From: Bryobacterales bacterium
GTDB taxonomy: Bacteria; Acidobacteriota; Terriglobia; Bryobacterales; UBA6623
Assembly: GCA_963422375.2 (NCBI GenBank)
Contig: OY729427.2
Span: forward strand, 1,780,794-1,844,793
Reading direction: 5' to 3'
Length of the DNA: 64,000 bases
Shown here: positions 51,574 through 60,529 of the stretch, piece after piece
How positions within the stretch are numbered: the stretch's first letter is position 1
Layout: the number at the start of each line of letters is the position of its first letter
Program-made: the position numbers and the translations under genes
Notes under the pieces: model-generated
Seen by the model: only the letters and a program-made list of their open reading frames with translations
Told to the model about the DNA's origin: nothing
Databases searched by the model: none

Positions 51574-51864
51574 GTGAAGAACGTAGATCTTGTTGTTGCT
51601 CGGCATCCGGCGCTGGTCGAGGTACTCGTGGAGGACTACGGCCTCGGTCCGGATACGCCCGTTATCCCTCACGCCAGCCCGGACGACGTGAGGGGCAGGA
51701 ACACGGCGGGCGTCCTGCCGCTAGGGCTGGCGGCCCTAGCGGCCACTCATACGGAGCTGCGGCTCCTCATCCCCCCTGACCTGAGGGGGGTCGAACTCGA
51801 CGCCTCCCAGTTGAGGAAGCACCTGGAAGGCGTCGCTACCTACCGGGTGGAGAGGGTCTCCTAG
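51574..51864 (+). CDS. Csx16-like small protein
   Basis: VVARHPALVE..H..GVLPLGLAA..L.IPPDLRGVEL..YRV resembles the Csx16 pattern SRHPGA..GTLP..LAA..RG.EL; AAGGAGG RBS. Confidence 0.65.
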   Translation: MKNVDLVVARHPALVEVLVEDYGLGPDTPVIPHASPDDVRGRNTAGVLPLGLAALAATHTELRLLIPPDLRGVELDASQLRKHLEGVATYRVERVS

Positions 51865-51915
51865 GCCCTCTCCGCTCGACGAGGCTTTCCCGGACGAAGA
51901 GGCCGCAGTCGCTGC

Positions 51916-52874
51916 ATGAGAGAGCCTGCGATCCGCCCGCTCCCGGCGGCGTGCGCTGGAGCGCCCGTAGAGCGCCGCAAGGTCGTGTCCCTGTTCTCCG
52001 GCTGCGGCGGCATGGACTTGGGCTTTGTCGGAGGCTTCCGGTTCGGAAAACGCTACTATGACCGGCTGCCGTTCGAGATCGCGTGGGCGAACGACATCGA
52101 CGGACTGGCATGCGACACCTACGCGGCCAACCTGGGCGGCGGGCACCTGCATCGCGGCAGCATCGTCGACGTGCTCGACACGTTGCCAGCGTCCGCAGAC
52201 GTGGTGATCGGCGGCTTCCCTTGCCAGGACGTGTCCGTCAACGGCCGGCGCAGCGCGGCCGAAGGCAAGCGCACGATTCTGTACCGGCGGATGGTGGACG
52301 CGATCCGGCGCACGTGGCCGAGAACGTCAAGGGCCTGCTCATGTCGCACGGCAAGCCCTTTTTCGGCCGGATGCTTGCGGACTTCGCGCTGCCCGGCTAC
52401 ACGGTGTCGCACAAGCTCTATCTCGCGGCGGACTACGGCGTTCCGCAGATGCGCGAGCGCATCTTCATCGCAGGCGTGAAGGGCGATAGGCCGTTCGCGC
52501 ATCCGGAACCACTGGACGGGCGCATGTCGGCGCGGGAAGCCCTGAGGGACTTGGAGGACGCCGACGCGGACAAGGACACGTCGCACGTATGGAGCAAGGC
52601 GAAGCGCAGCCCGGAGCAAGGCGCCAGGCGGCTGACCGGCGACAAGCCCGCGACCACGATCCGCGCCGAACACCACGGCAACGTGCAATGGCACTACAGC
52701 CGAAACAGGCGCATCTCTCTCCGCGAAGCGGCGCGGCTCCAGTCGTTCCCGGACGACTTCGATTTCGTGCGCGGAATGCGCGCTACGGAGCGGCAGATCG
52801 GCAACGCCGTGCCGCCAGTGCTGGCGTGGCACATCGCCAAGGCCGTCCGAGGGCACGTTGTTGACGCCGACTGA
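51916..52874 (+). pseudogene. DNA (cytosine-5) methyltransferase, frameshifted near 52315
   Basis: FSGCGG and GFPCQ in one frame; ENVKG, PQMRER, REAARLQSFPD and GNAVPP in another. Confidence 0.85.
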
Positions 52875-53200
52875 GTTCGAGGCGCTACTGGACCGCGCAG
52901 CGCAGTTCCTGACGCTCAATCTCCGTACCAGCACGCTCTGCCACGGCCCGGACCAGTTCGAGCAGGGCGTGCTGGCCGCGTTGCAGAACGCGGCCACCGA
53001 TCTCGACGCGACGGTCGAACCGACCTACCACCGCCACGCCTTTCCCGACATCCGCGTCAACGGCTTCGGCGTCGAGGTCAAGTACAGCAAGCGCGACACA
53101 TGGAACGCGGTGGGCAACAGCGTGTTCGAGTCCATGCGCGATCCGTCCGTCTCCGCGATCTACGTCATGTTCGGCAAGGTCGGCGGCAAGCCGGAAGCCT
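52858..53200 (+). pseudogene. Type II restriction endonuclease, truncated
   Basis: FE..FPDI..GVEVK PD-(D/E)xK motif, coupled to the MTase; degrades after GKVGGKPE. Confidence 0.65.
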
Positions 53201-53385
53201 CCCGACCGCCCGGACCTAGATTGGTTGTGACCGTACCCCGACACTCTGACCAATTGTTCGGCTCGGGTGGTGCTGCCAACGAGACGCCTACTAGCCGATG
53301 TATCAATTGATCGTAGCCGTTGGATTGGCGAAGGATTCGCTCTCGAACACGCCGACCTTAGGCAATTTCGGGTGGCTCCCCTACG

Positions 53386-54480
53386 CTAGCTGGAGAATGT
53401 CGGGGACATGCTTTTCGCCTGTTTGCCAAGCTCGTCTAGACATCGCCGCGAGAGGGCTTCCGCAAAGTCGCACGGCAATGCGTTGCCTATCATGTTACAC
53501 ACATAATCCATGAACGGTGTGTCAAGGCGGTAGTCTCGGGGAAAGGTCTGGAGAAGTGCGGCCTCCCGTACGGAGATCGTCCGGTCGGCATTCGGATGAC
53601 CAAAGCGGCCCTTGCTTAGAGTGGTGCAGCCGCCGGTAATCGTAGGTGACGGTCGGTCCCAAACCATCCTCCCGTATACATTGGTGAATCCGACATAGCC
53701 GTCACGGTGACAGGCCGGCCGGAGATGCTCGGGAATGTGCGCCCATGTCTCACCTGGCTTCGCCGCCTTAATGCGTTCGATGTTCTCGCGCGACAGTTTT
53801 CGAACGACATGCCAGTCGGACCGCTCGACCTCTCCCCTTGCCTTGGCCTCCGCCAAGGTGAGGGGTTCAGGCATGTTCTTGATCGTGTCACCTACCGTGC
53901 GCCAACGCGTAAGGTTACCAGTCGGCGTACCGGAATGAGTCGCGTCCGGGAGGGCGATCTCGAAGCCTTGACCACCGAGTAGGACAAATCGTCGCCGAAA
54001 CTGCGGGACACCGTAATCAGCGACTTGCAGTATCCTATCTGTCAGTCGGTAATCGAGCGCCTGGAGTCGCGCTTGCATTCGACCGTATAGCGATCCGCCC
54101 TTTCGTGCCAATCCGGGGACATTCTCCATCATGATCGCCCGCGGCCGCATTTCCTCGGCGAGGCGGGCCATCTCGAGAACGAGTGCGTTACGAGGATCTT
54201 CCCTACCCTTGTACTTTGCAGTCAGGCTGGTGAAGCCTTGGCACGGCGGGCAACCTGCCAGTAGATCAATTCGGTCTGTTCCCGCGAGCTCGAAAAGAGC
54301 GTCGCCGGAGACCGTGGCGATGTCCTGCTTCAGGCACCGCACCTCAGGATGGTTCGCCTTGTAGGTAGCGAATGAATGGGCCTCGATCTCCACCGCAGCG
54401 ACAACGCGGAAGCCCGCGCGTTTGAGGCCAACCGTCAGGCCCCCAGCGCCGGCAAAGATGTCGATCGCCGTCGGAGTCAT
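53386..54480 (-). CDS. DNA (cytosine-5) methyltransferase
   Basis: FAGAGG, CPPCQGF, ENVPG, PQFRRR, REAALLQTFP, GNALP. Confidence 0.93.
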   Translation of the reverse strand: MTPTAIDIFAGAGGLTVGLKRAGFRVVAAVEIEAHSFATYKANHPEVRCLKQDIATVSGDALFELAGTDRIDLLAGCPPCQGFTSLTAKYKGREDPRNALVLEMARLAEEMRPRAIMMENVPGLARKGGSLYGRMQARLQALDYRLTDRILQVADYGVPQFRRRFVLLGGQGFEIALPDATHSGTPTGNLTRWRTVGDTIKNMPEPLTLAEAKARGEVERSDWHVVRKLSRENIERIKAAKPGETWAHIPEHLRPACHRDGYVGFTNVYGRMVWDRPSPTITGGCTTLSKGRFGHPNADRTISVREAALLQTFPRDYRLDTPFMDYVCNMIGNALPCDFAEALSRRCLDELGKQAKSMSPTFSS

Positions 54481-54485
54481 GTTCG

Positions 54486-56582
54486 TCAATGGCCGTCGGG
54501 AACCGCTGGTCCGGCGGCACGCTGACGCTGGGCCTCGCTGAGAAAATCCTGGTGCACTTGTTCCGATTTCAGGAGAAACGCCGTCCAGTCCATGCGCGTC
54601 AGTCTGCCTTTGTCACGATAACCATCAAAGGCGGCGCGCGGAGAACCGCTCAAACCGAGCCTGTCGCAGACCACGGTGACATGGAAGTCGGCCAAGTGCA
54701 TGCGAAACGCGGTATGCCCAGGGTCGTCAAGGAACGCCTCCATGTTCTCGTAGTAGGTGACGATCCTGTCCATTTCCGGGTTCGACAGTCTATGGCCCGG
54801 CTTCTTGATCTCGATGATCTGCACCGTGCCTTCCTGATTGGACAAGACGAAGTCCGGCCGTTTGCCCGTCTTCTGGAAATCGGACAACGAAATGGACTGG
54901 CCGGTCTTGTCGTTGTAGTACTTCTCGAACTCCCGGCGCAAACTCGCGAAGGTTTGGTTTTCGGTCACCGGCGCCCATTCAGGGTTGATCAACCAGGGAG
55001 CGTCAGTGATCAGCCGCTGAAGATCGTTCTCGTCGGTGTCGTCGGCGTCCTTCAGAATTTCGAGGCGGTCGATGACCTTGAGGCGGTCTTCCGCGATTCT
55101 GCCGAACGAGGACAGTTCGGCCAATCGCGCCGTACGCAGGAACGAAGCTAGGACAGAGAGCGGCGTGTCGGCGCTGGCGACCGCTTCCTTCATCTTGGCG
55201 TTGAGCGTGATGTGGGGCGCGAGGGTGATGCTCAGATCGACCAGTTCGTTCACGACGCTGGCATCTTCGACATCCCCTCGGCTGATCGTGCGACCGAAGG
55301 ATTCGGCGACCTCTTTCGCGCTTTTGCGAATGTCTTGTTGCTCTTCGGTCGGATAGGCGTTCTGGATGCGAGCGTCGACATCGCCCGTCTCGAGGAACAG
55401 ATCCAAAGTCGCTCTCCGCATGGGCTCCCGCGACAGGGTGCCGATCTTCTTGACGATTCTCTGGCCCCAAGCTTGGAAGGCGGCAGCGAGTTCGTCCGAC
55501 CAGAGGATGTCCCGTCGATCGGTTTGGATGAGGTCTTCTTCTTCGTCGAGCCAGTCGGCGTGGAGCTCGCCGACGAGATAGGAGCGGATGTTGTGCTCGC
55601 CGGTAAAGCCGGCCCGCTGGTTGAAGATGGATGTCTGGGCGGCGATCTTGCCGCGGCAGTAGATTCTCACCCCAGCCATGAGCTCGTCCTTGTAGGGAGC
55701 CTTCGAGTACGCCATCCAGCCTGTGATGGGGCGAAATATGCCCTCATGTTCGAATCCGGCCGACTGGTCCATCGCAGGAGCACCGTCGGGGTTGAGTACA
55801 GTTCCATTCTGCCCAAACGTGAGCTTCGTGTTCGGCATCGTCTGAATGTCGAAGGTGCCGACCGTCACCGGTGACGGAGTGGATTCCGTGTTGTCCAGAA
55901 GCTGGACATTCCAGTCCGTCGACGGGATACCAAAGCGTTGGGCGAGCTGGCGGCCGAGGACATTGAGCTCGGGGACCCTCCGGTGGCTGAAGTCCTTCAG
56001 GATGATTCGAGTCCCCGACTTCGGGGAGTAAGACTCATCGCGGTCGCCCACGACCGGCTTGTAGCGTTCGTCGGGCTCATCATCGAGCGCCGTGATGCCA
56101 TCGTAGTAGAGGACGATGTGGGACGTGAGGTAGCCCGTGGCGCCCGGGGTCGCACCCCCGCCGTCGATGAAATCTCCGCCGGCACTGATCACCTCGATGG
56201 TCTTGCAGATACCGAAGGGTGCCAGCTTTCCGACGCCCTTGCGGCCCATGACCTTACGTCTGTAGCGGGGCGAACGGTCGCCTCGGCTGGTGTCGTTCCG
56301 CCGCTCGGAACCGACGACGAGAAAGAAGTCCTGTACCTGCTGAGGCGTCATGCCGATGCCGTCGTCGTCGACTTCGATGCTGAAGCCCTTGTCCGCCACG
56401 GTGCCTCCGGCTCGAGTCGCCAGAAACTGCCCCATCGGCGCTCGAACCGTCACATGTGTGGCATCGGCATCGTAGGCGTTCGCGATGAGTTCGGCGATGA
56501 CGGCGGACACCTTGTCGTAGAGCTTGACCCCCAACTTGTCGACGGTAAGCCGGGAAATTCTCATCGAGTATTCGACAGACAT
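54486..56582 (-). CDS. GHKL/MORC-type ATPase with C-terminal PD-(D/E)xK nuclease-like domain
   Basis: ELIANAYDADA, DDGIGM, GRKGVGKLA, GT motif; C-terminal RPDF..IIEIKKP. Confidence 0.88.
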   Translation of the reverse strand: MSVEYSMRISRLTVDKLGVKLYDKVSAVIAELIANAYDADATHVTVRAPMGQFLATRAGGTVADKGFSIEVDDDGIGMTPQQVQDFFLVVGSERRNDTSRGDRSPRYRRKVMGRKGVGKLAPFGICKTIEVISAGGDFIDGGGATPGATGYLTSHIVLYYDGITALDDEPDERYKPVVGDRDESYSPKSGTRIILKDFSHRRVPELNVLGRQLAQRFGIPSTDWNVQLLDNTESTPSPVTVGTFDIQTMPNTKLTFGQNGTVLNPDGAPAMDQSAGFEHEGIFRPITGWMAYSKAPYKDELMAGVRIYCRGKIAAQTSIFNQRAGFTGEHNIRSYLVGELHADWLDEEEDLIQTDRRDILWSDELAAAFQAWGQRIVKKIGTLSREPMRRATLDLFLETGDVDARIQNAYPTEEQQDIRKSAKEVAESFGRTISRGDVEDASVVNELVDLSITLAPHITLNAKMKEAVASADTPLSVLASFLRTARLAELSSFGRIAEDRLKVIDRLEILKDADDTDENDLQRLITDAPWLINPEWAPVTENQTFASLRREFEKYYNDKTGQSISLSDFQKTGKRPDFVLSNQEGTVQIIEIKKPGHRLSNPEMDRIVTYYENMEAFLDDPGHTAFRMHLADFHVTVVCDRLGLSGSPRAAFDGYRDKGRLTRMDWTAFLLKSEQVHQDFLSEAQRQRAAGPAVPDGH

Positions 56583-56628
56583 GCTCAAGCCCCTTGGAAA
56601 TCCGTGTGCTTCGCGTTCAGGGCCATGC

Positions 56629-56862
56629 TCAGGATGCCTCTTCGCTCCCGGGTTCCCTGACGCGCACATTGGTGATCGTCGGCTCCAACGCCAAACGCCT
56701 TCTCCAGTCCGCGATTGCATCGGGAGCGATACCGAGCGCCACTGCCGCCGCCTCGTCGATTGTTCTCCGGGCGCCACATTCCTCGGCCTGCCTCATGGGA
56801 AGCAGCTCCCTGTCGCAGACCTGATCGAAGGCTGCCAGGAAGTGCAGCGTCCGCGTTCCCAT
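56629..56862 (-). pseudogene. Possible C-terminal remnant of a larger restriction-modification protein
   Basis: LAAFDQVCDRELLP..RRTIDEAAA.ALG..WRRRLA.EPTIT resembles type IIG-like C-termini from memory; no N-terminal part seen. Confidence 0.3.
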
Positions 56863-57175
56863 GCCCCGCTCCCGCTCCCGATACGAATAGGGCGGGCCCT
56901 CGCGGGCCCGCCCGGCAACGCTCTCGCAAAGGGTTCCGCTCGACGTCTCCCAGCGTACCGTGCGGCGGGGCTTCAGGGCCCTCGCACGGATCGCGCTACC
57001 GTGCCTAGGGTCCGCTGCCACCCCTATCCTCGGGGAGTTAGGCCGTGCACGGCCCCTCTACCCAGGGGAGGGTGGCAGCGGGTGCTGCTGCAGCTGCCAG
57101 CCCCGGCGCCCAGATCACGATGCTGACGCCGGAGCCAGCATCTCTCCATTATACCAGTAGGCGCGGCGGCGCGGG

Positions 57176-57730
57176 CTAGCGCCAGGCCGGCCCGGAGAAC
57201 CAGGCGACGAGGGAGTAGCGCTCCCCGGCCAGCAAGGGCGTGACGCGATGCTCGACGAAGCTGGGGAAGACCAGCGCCGCGCCTCGCTGGCGCAGCGCCT
57301 CGCGGTCGGGCTGGCCCACGGCCCCCAGCCGCAGCGAGCCGCCCTCGTAGTCGCGGGGGTCGGACAGGTTGACCGAGACGGAGACCTTGCGGCAGCGCGG
57401 CCGCCCGCCCTCCAGCGAGCAGTCCATGTGCCGCTCGTAGACGCCCGCGTCGAGATGGGTGTAGTGCGTGAGCTGCCACTCCTCGCCGCCGTCGAGATCG
57501 AAGCCCCACAGCTCGCGGTTGGCCGCGAGAACGGCCCGGCGCACGCGGGCGAGCTCGGCGGCGTGGCGGGCGGGGTCGGGCCAGCCGACGGCGGAGCGGC
57601 GGATGTCGGGGCGCACGGAGCCGTCGCCGTTGACGGTGCCGGGGCGCAGCTCCGTGCTGTCGAGCAGCGCGCGCAGCAGGCCCGCGCAGTCGTCGACGGC
57701 GCCGGGCACCAGGCTCCAGGGGCCGTTCAC
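57176..57730 (-). CDS. 2OG-Fe(II) oxygenase (prolyl 4-hydroxylase/PKHD-like)
   Basis: IRRS, QLTHY, HMD, RKVS, YEGG, FPSF..HRVTP..GERYSLVAW (HxD...H...R). Confidence 0.92.
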   Translation of the reverse strand: MNGPWSLVPGAVDDCAGLLRALLDSTELRPGTVNGDGSVRPDIRRSAVGWPDPARHAAELARVRRAVLAANRELWGFDLDGGEEWQLTHYTHLDAGVYERHMDCSLEGGRPRCRKVSVSVNLSDPRDYEGGSLRLGAVGQPDREALRQRGAALVFPSFVEHRVTPLLAGERYSLVAWFSGPAWR

Positions 57731-57990
57731 GCGCGGGGGCCCTCCGCGCCGCCGGGGGTCCCGGTCAAGCGGCGCCAGCGGCGGCCGCCGGGAGCCTCCC
57801 AGGTGCCGTCCGGCAGCGGGCGCAGCGGGCGGGCGCCCTCGGCGGAGAGCTCCTCGTCGGACTCGAGCACCCAGAGGGTGACGGGGGCCCTCCCGCGCCG
57901 CGCGGCCAGCTCGCCGAAAGCGCGGAAGCTCTCCGCCGAGAGCTTGTCCGGGTCGCCGTCAGCGAGCATGCGGTAGCGTCGTCCGGCCAT
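57727..57990 (-). CDS. Small hypothetical protein of the collagen operon
   Basis: GGAGGAGG RBS; GTGA overlap with the oxygenase gene. Confidence 0.7.
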   Translation of the reverse strand: MAGRRYRMLADGDPDKLSAESFRAFGELAARRGRAPVTLWVLESDEELSAEGARPLRPLPDGTWEAPGGRRWRRLTGTPGGAEGPRA

Positions 57991-58810
57991 AGTTGCGTCC
58001 TCCTCCGGAAGCGCCCTTGGCGCCCTTGGAGCCGGGCGGCCCGGGCGCCCCCCGGTAGTCCTCGGGGTTGAACGGGCTGCCGGAATAGTAGCCGGCCTCG
58101 CCCTTGCTCCCCTTGTATCCCTTATACCCCTTGTACCCCTTGGCGCCCTTGTACCCCTTGGGGCCCTTCCGGCCCCTGGCGCCCTTGGCGCCCTTGGCGC
58201 CCTTGTACCCCTTGGGGCCCTTGTACCCCTTGGGGCCCTTGGCGCCCCGCGCGCCGTCGGAGCCCTTGGCGCCCTTGGCGCCCTTGGCGCCCTTGGCGCC
58301 CTTGACGCCCCTGTCGCCCTTGCGCCCCTTGGAGCCCTTGACGCCCTTGGCGCCCCTGTCGCCCTGCGCGCCGCCGGGGCCGGGGTCGCCCTGCCTCCCG
58401 GGCAGGCCCCGGGCGCCCCTGTCGCCCTGCGCGCCGCCGGGGCCGGGGTCGCCCTGCCTCCCGGGCAGGCCCCGGGCGCCCCTGTCGCCCTGCGCGCCGT
58501 CGGGGGCGGGGTCGCCGCCCCGGCCCGCCGGTCCCGGGTCGCCCGGCGCGCCCCGCTGGCCGACGGCCCCGGGGCGTCCGCGCTCGCCGCGCCGCTGCCG
58601 GCCGCGGGGCCCGCGCGGGCCCCGCGGTCCGGGCGGTCCGGGCGGTCCGGGGTGCCCCTCGCCGCCGGGCGGTCCCGGGCGTCCGCGCTCGCCGACGGGG
58701 CCGACGGGGCCGGCGTACAGCCGCGGCGCGCCGAAGCCCCCGGCCCGCACGGAGCGGGCGTCCGGGGCGCGCGCGACGATCGTCCACAGCGCCCCGCTAG
58801 CAGCCGGCAT
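57959..58810 (-). CDS. Collagen-like protein D (Gly-X-Lys rich)
   Basis: Long Gly-X-Y runs; 24 of 28 consecutive triplets have Lys at Y; alternative start 58828. Confidence 0.88.
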   Translation of the reverse strand: MPAASGALWTIVARAPDARSVRAGGFGAPRLYAGPVGPVGERGRPGPPGGEGHPGPPGPPGPRGPRGPRGRQRRGERGRPGAVGQRGAPGDPGPAGRGGDPAPDGAQGDRGARGLPGRQGDPGPGGAQGDRGARGLPGRQGDPGPGGAQGDRGAKGVKGSKGRKGDRGVKGAKGAKGAKGAKGSDGARGAKGPKGYKGPKGYKGAKGAKGARGRKGPKGYKGAKGYKGYKGYKGSKGEAGYYSGSPFNPEDYRGAPGPPGSKGAKGASGGGRNYGRTTLPHAR

Positions 58811-59663
58811 CCGCGTATCCGTCAGCATGCCCGGCCGCGTACCCGGAGGAGTAGCCCAGCGTCCGGCCGCGCCTGCCCTTGGCGCCCTTGCGCCCCTTCG
58901 GCCCGGGGTCGCCGCGCAGCGGCTCCTGGTAGACCTGGCCGATCGGGCCCGGCTCGCCGGCCGGCCCGCGGGCCCCGCGCGGGCCCCGCGCGCCCGCGTA
59001 GCCCCCGCGGCCGGTCCCGCCGGCCGGGCCGGGGCTGCCCCTGTAGCCCTTGGGGCCCCGGGGCCCGCGGAAGGGGAAGGACCTGAGGCCCTTGGTCCCC
59101 TTGGAGCCCTTGGTCCCCTTGGTCCCCTTGGCGCCCCTGTATCCCTTGGCGCCCCGCGCGCCGTCGGAGCCCTTCCGGCCCTCGACGCCCTTGGGGCCCC
59201 CGGGGCCCCTGTAGCCCTTGGCGCCCTTGGCGCCCCTGGAGCCCTTGGAGCCCCCGGGGCCCCCGGGGCCCCTGTAGCCCTTGCGGCCCTTGGCGCCCCC
59301 GGCTCCCTCGGCTCCCGGCAGGCCCTGCCGTCCGGGCCAGCCCTTGGCGCCCGGAGCGCCGGGGGTTCCGGGCTGTCCGGGCAGGCCCGCGGAGCCCTTG
59401 GGGCCGGCCGGGCCCGGAGCGCCCGGGGCGCCGGCGCGGGCGAACGCGCCGGGCGGGCCCGTCTCCCCGCGCGGCCCGGGCGGCCCCGGGCGCCCGGCAG
59501 GCCCGTCCGGGCCCCGGGGCCCCGGCGGGCCCGTCTCCCCGCGCGGCCCGGGCGGCCCGGGCGGGTGCAGCGCGGAGTCCGCTCGCGCCGGGCCGAAGTC
59601 CCGCGCGCGCAGGTCGTCCCGCTCGACGGCGGCGGCCTCCGTCGTCCACGTCGTCGTCGGCAT
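58797..59663 (-). CDS. Collagen-like protein C
   Basis: MPTTTW.. then GPP/GPR and GAK/GTK/GYR triplets; C-terminal [15 protein letters not shown]. Confidence 0.88.
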   Translation of the reverse strand: MPTTTWTTEAAAVERDDLRARDFGPARADSALHPPGPPGPRGETGPPGPRGPDGPAGRPGPPGPRGETGPPGAFARAGAPGAPGPAGPKGSAGLPGQPGTPGAPGAKGWPGRQGLPGAEGAGGAKGRKGYRGPGGPGGSKGSRGAKGAKGYRGPGGPKGVEGRKGSDGARGAKGYRGAKGTKGTKGSKGTKGLRSFPFRGPRGPKGYRGSPGPAGGTGRGGYAGARGPRGARGPAGEPGPIGQVYQEPLRGDPGPKGRKGAKGRRGRTLGYSSGYAAGHADGYADAGC

Positions 59664-59671
59664 CGCTCGCG

Positions 59672-60514
59672 TCACTGCTCGGAGTAGCAGTCGTCCTCGC
59701 CGTCGAAGTAGCCCTCGCCGTACCCGTCGTCGTAAGCCTGCAGGTAGACGTTCCCGCCCGGGTCTCCCGGCGGTCCGGCCGGCCCGGACCATCCGTCCGG
59801 CCCGCTGGGCTGGTCTCCGGCGCCCCCGGGCTCGCCGCCGGCCCCGCCGGCCCCGTCCGAGCCGGTGATACCGATGCCTCCGGCGGCGCCGGCGTCTCCC
59901 CCGGAGCCGGGACTGCCGCGGTCTCCGGGGGCGCCGGCGTCTCCTCCGGCGCCCGGGGGGCCCCTGTCGCCCAGGGAGCCCCTGTCTCCCCGGGAGCCGG
60001 GACTGCCGCGGTCTCCGGGGGTGCCGCCGGCGCCCCGGGCGCCGGGGTCTCCGCCCGCGCCGGGGTCTCCGCCCGCGCCGCCCCTGCCGGCCTCGCCTCG
60101 CGCGGCGCGCGCGCCGGCCGGGCCCCGGGCGCCGGGAGAGCCCTGCCGCCCCTGCGCCCCCGGGCCCCCCGGATCCCCCCGCGCGCCCTGCGCTCCGGGC
60201 GCCCCCCGGCGGCCGGGAACCCCCTTCGCGCCCGGCGCGCCGTCCAGGCCCCGGAGCCCCCGGGCCCCCCGGGAGCCCCCGGCGCCCTCGGCGCCGGGCA
60301 GCCCCGGGAACCCCTCGAGGCCGGGGAGCCCGGCCGGCCCCGCCCGCCCGGGGACTCCGGTCGGCCCGGGGGCTCCGGGCGGTCCGGCCCGGCCGGGCAG
60401 GCCCTTGGGCCCGGGCTGTCCGGGGCCGCCCGGCAGGCCCGCCAGCACGGGCTGGGGCGCGCCGAAGTCGGTCCCCCCGGCGGCCTCGACGCGCCAGCGG
60501 ATGAACGCGGGCAC
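59672..60514 (-). CDS. Collagen-like protein B
   Basis: About 220 aa Gly-X-Y (GLP, GAR, GDP, GDR); acidic C-terminal [16 protein letters not shown]. Confidence 0.88.
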   Translation of the reverse strand: MPAFIRWRVEAAGGTDFGAPQPVLAGLPGGPGQPGPKGLPGRAGPPGAPGPTGVPGRAGPAGLPGLEGFPGLPGAEGAGGSRGARGLRGLDGAPGAKGVPGRRGAPGAQGARGDPGGPGAQGRQGSPGARGPAGARAARGEAGRGGAGGDPGAGGDPGARGAGGTPGDRGSPGSRGDRGSLGDRGPPGAGGDAGAPGDRGSPGSGGDAGAAGGIGITGSDGAGGAGGEPGGAGDQPSGPDGWSGPAGPPGDPGGNVYLQAYDDGYGEGYFDGEDDCYSEQ

Positions 60515-60529
60515 CGCTCGGCTCCCCGC

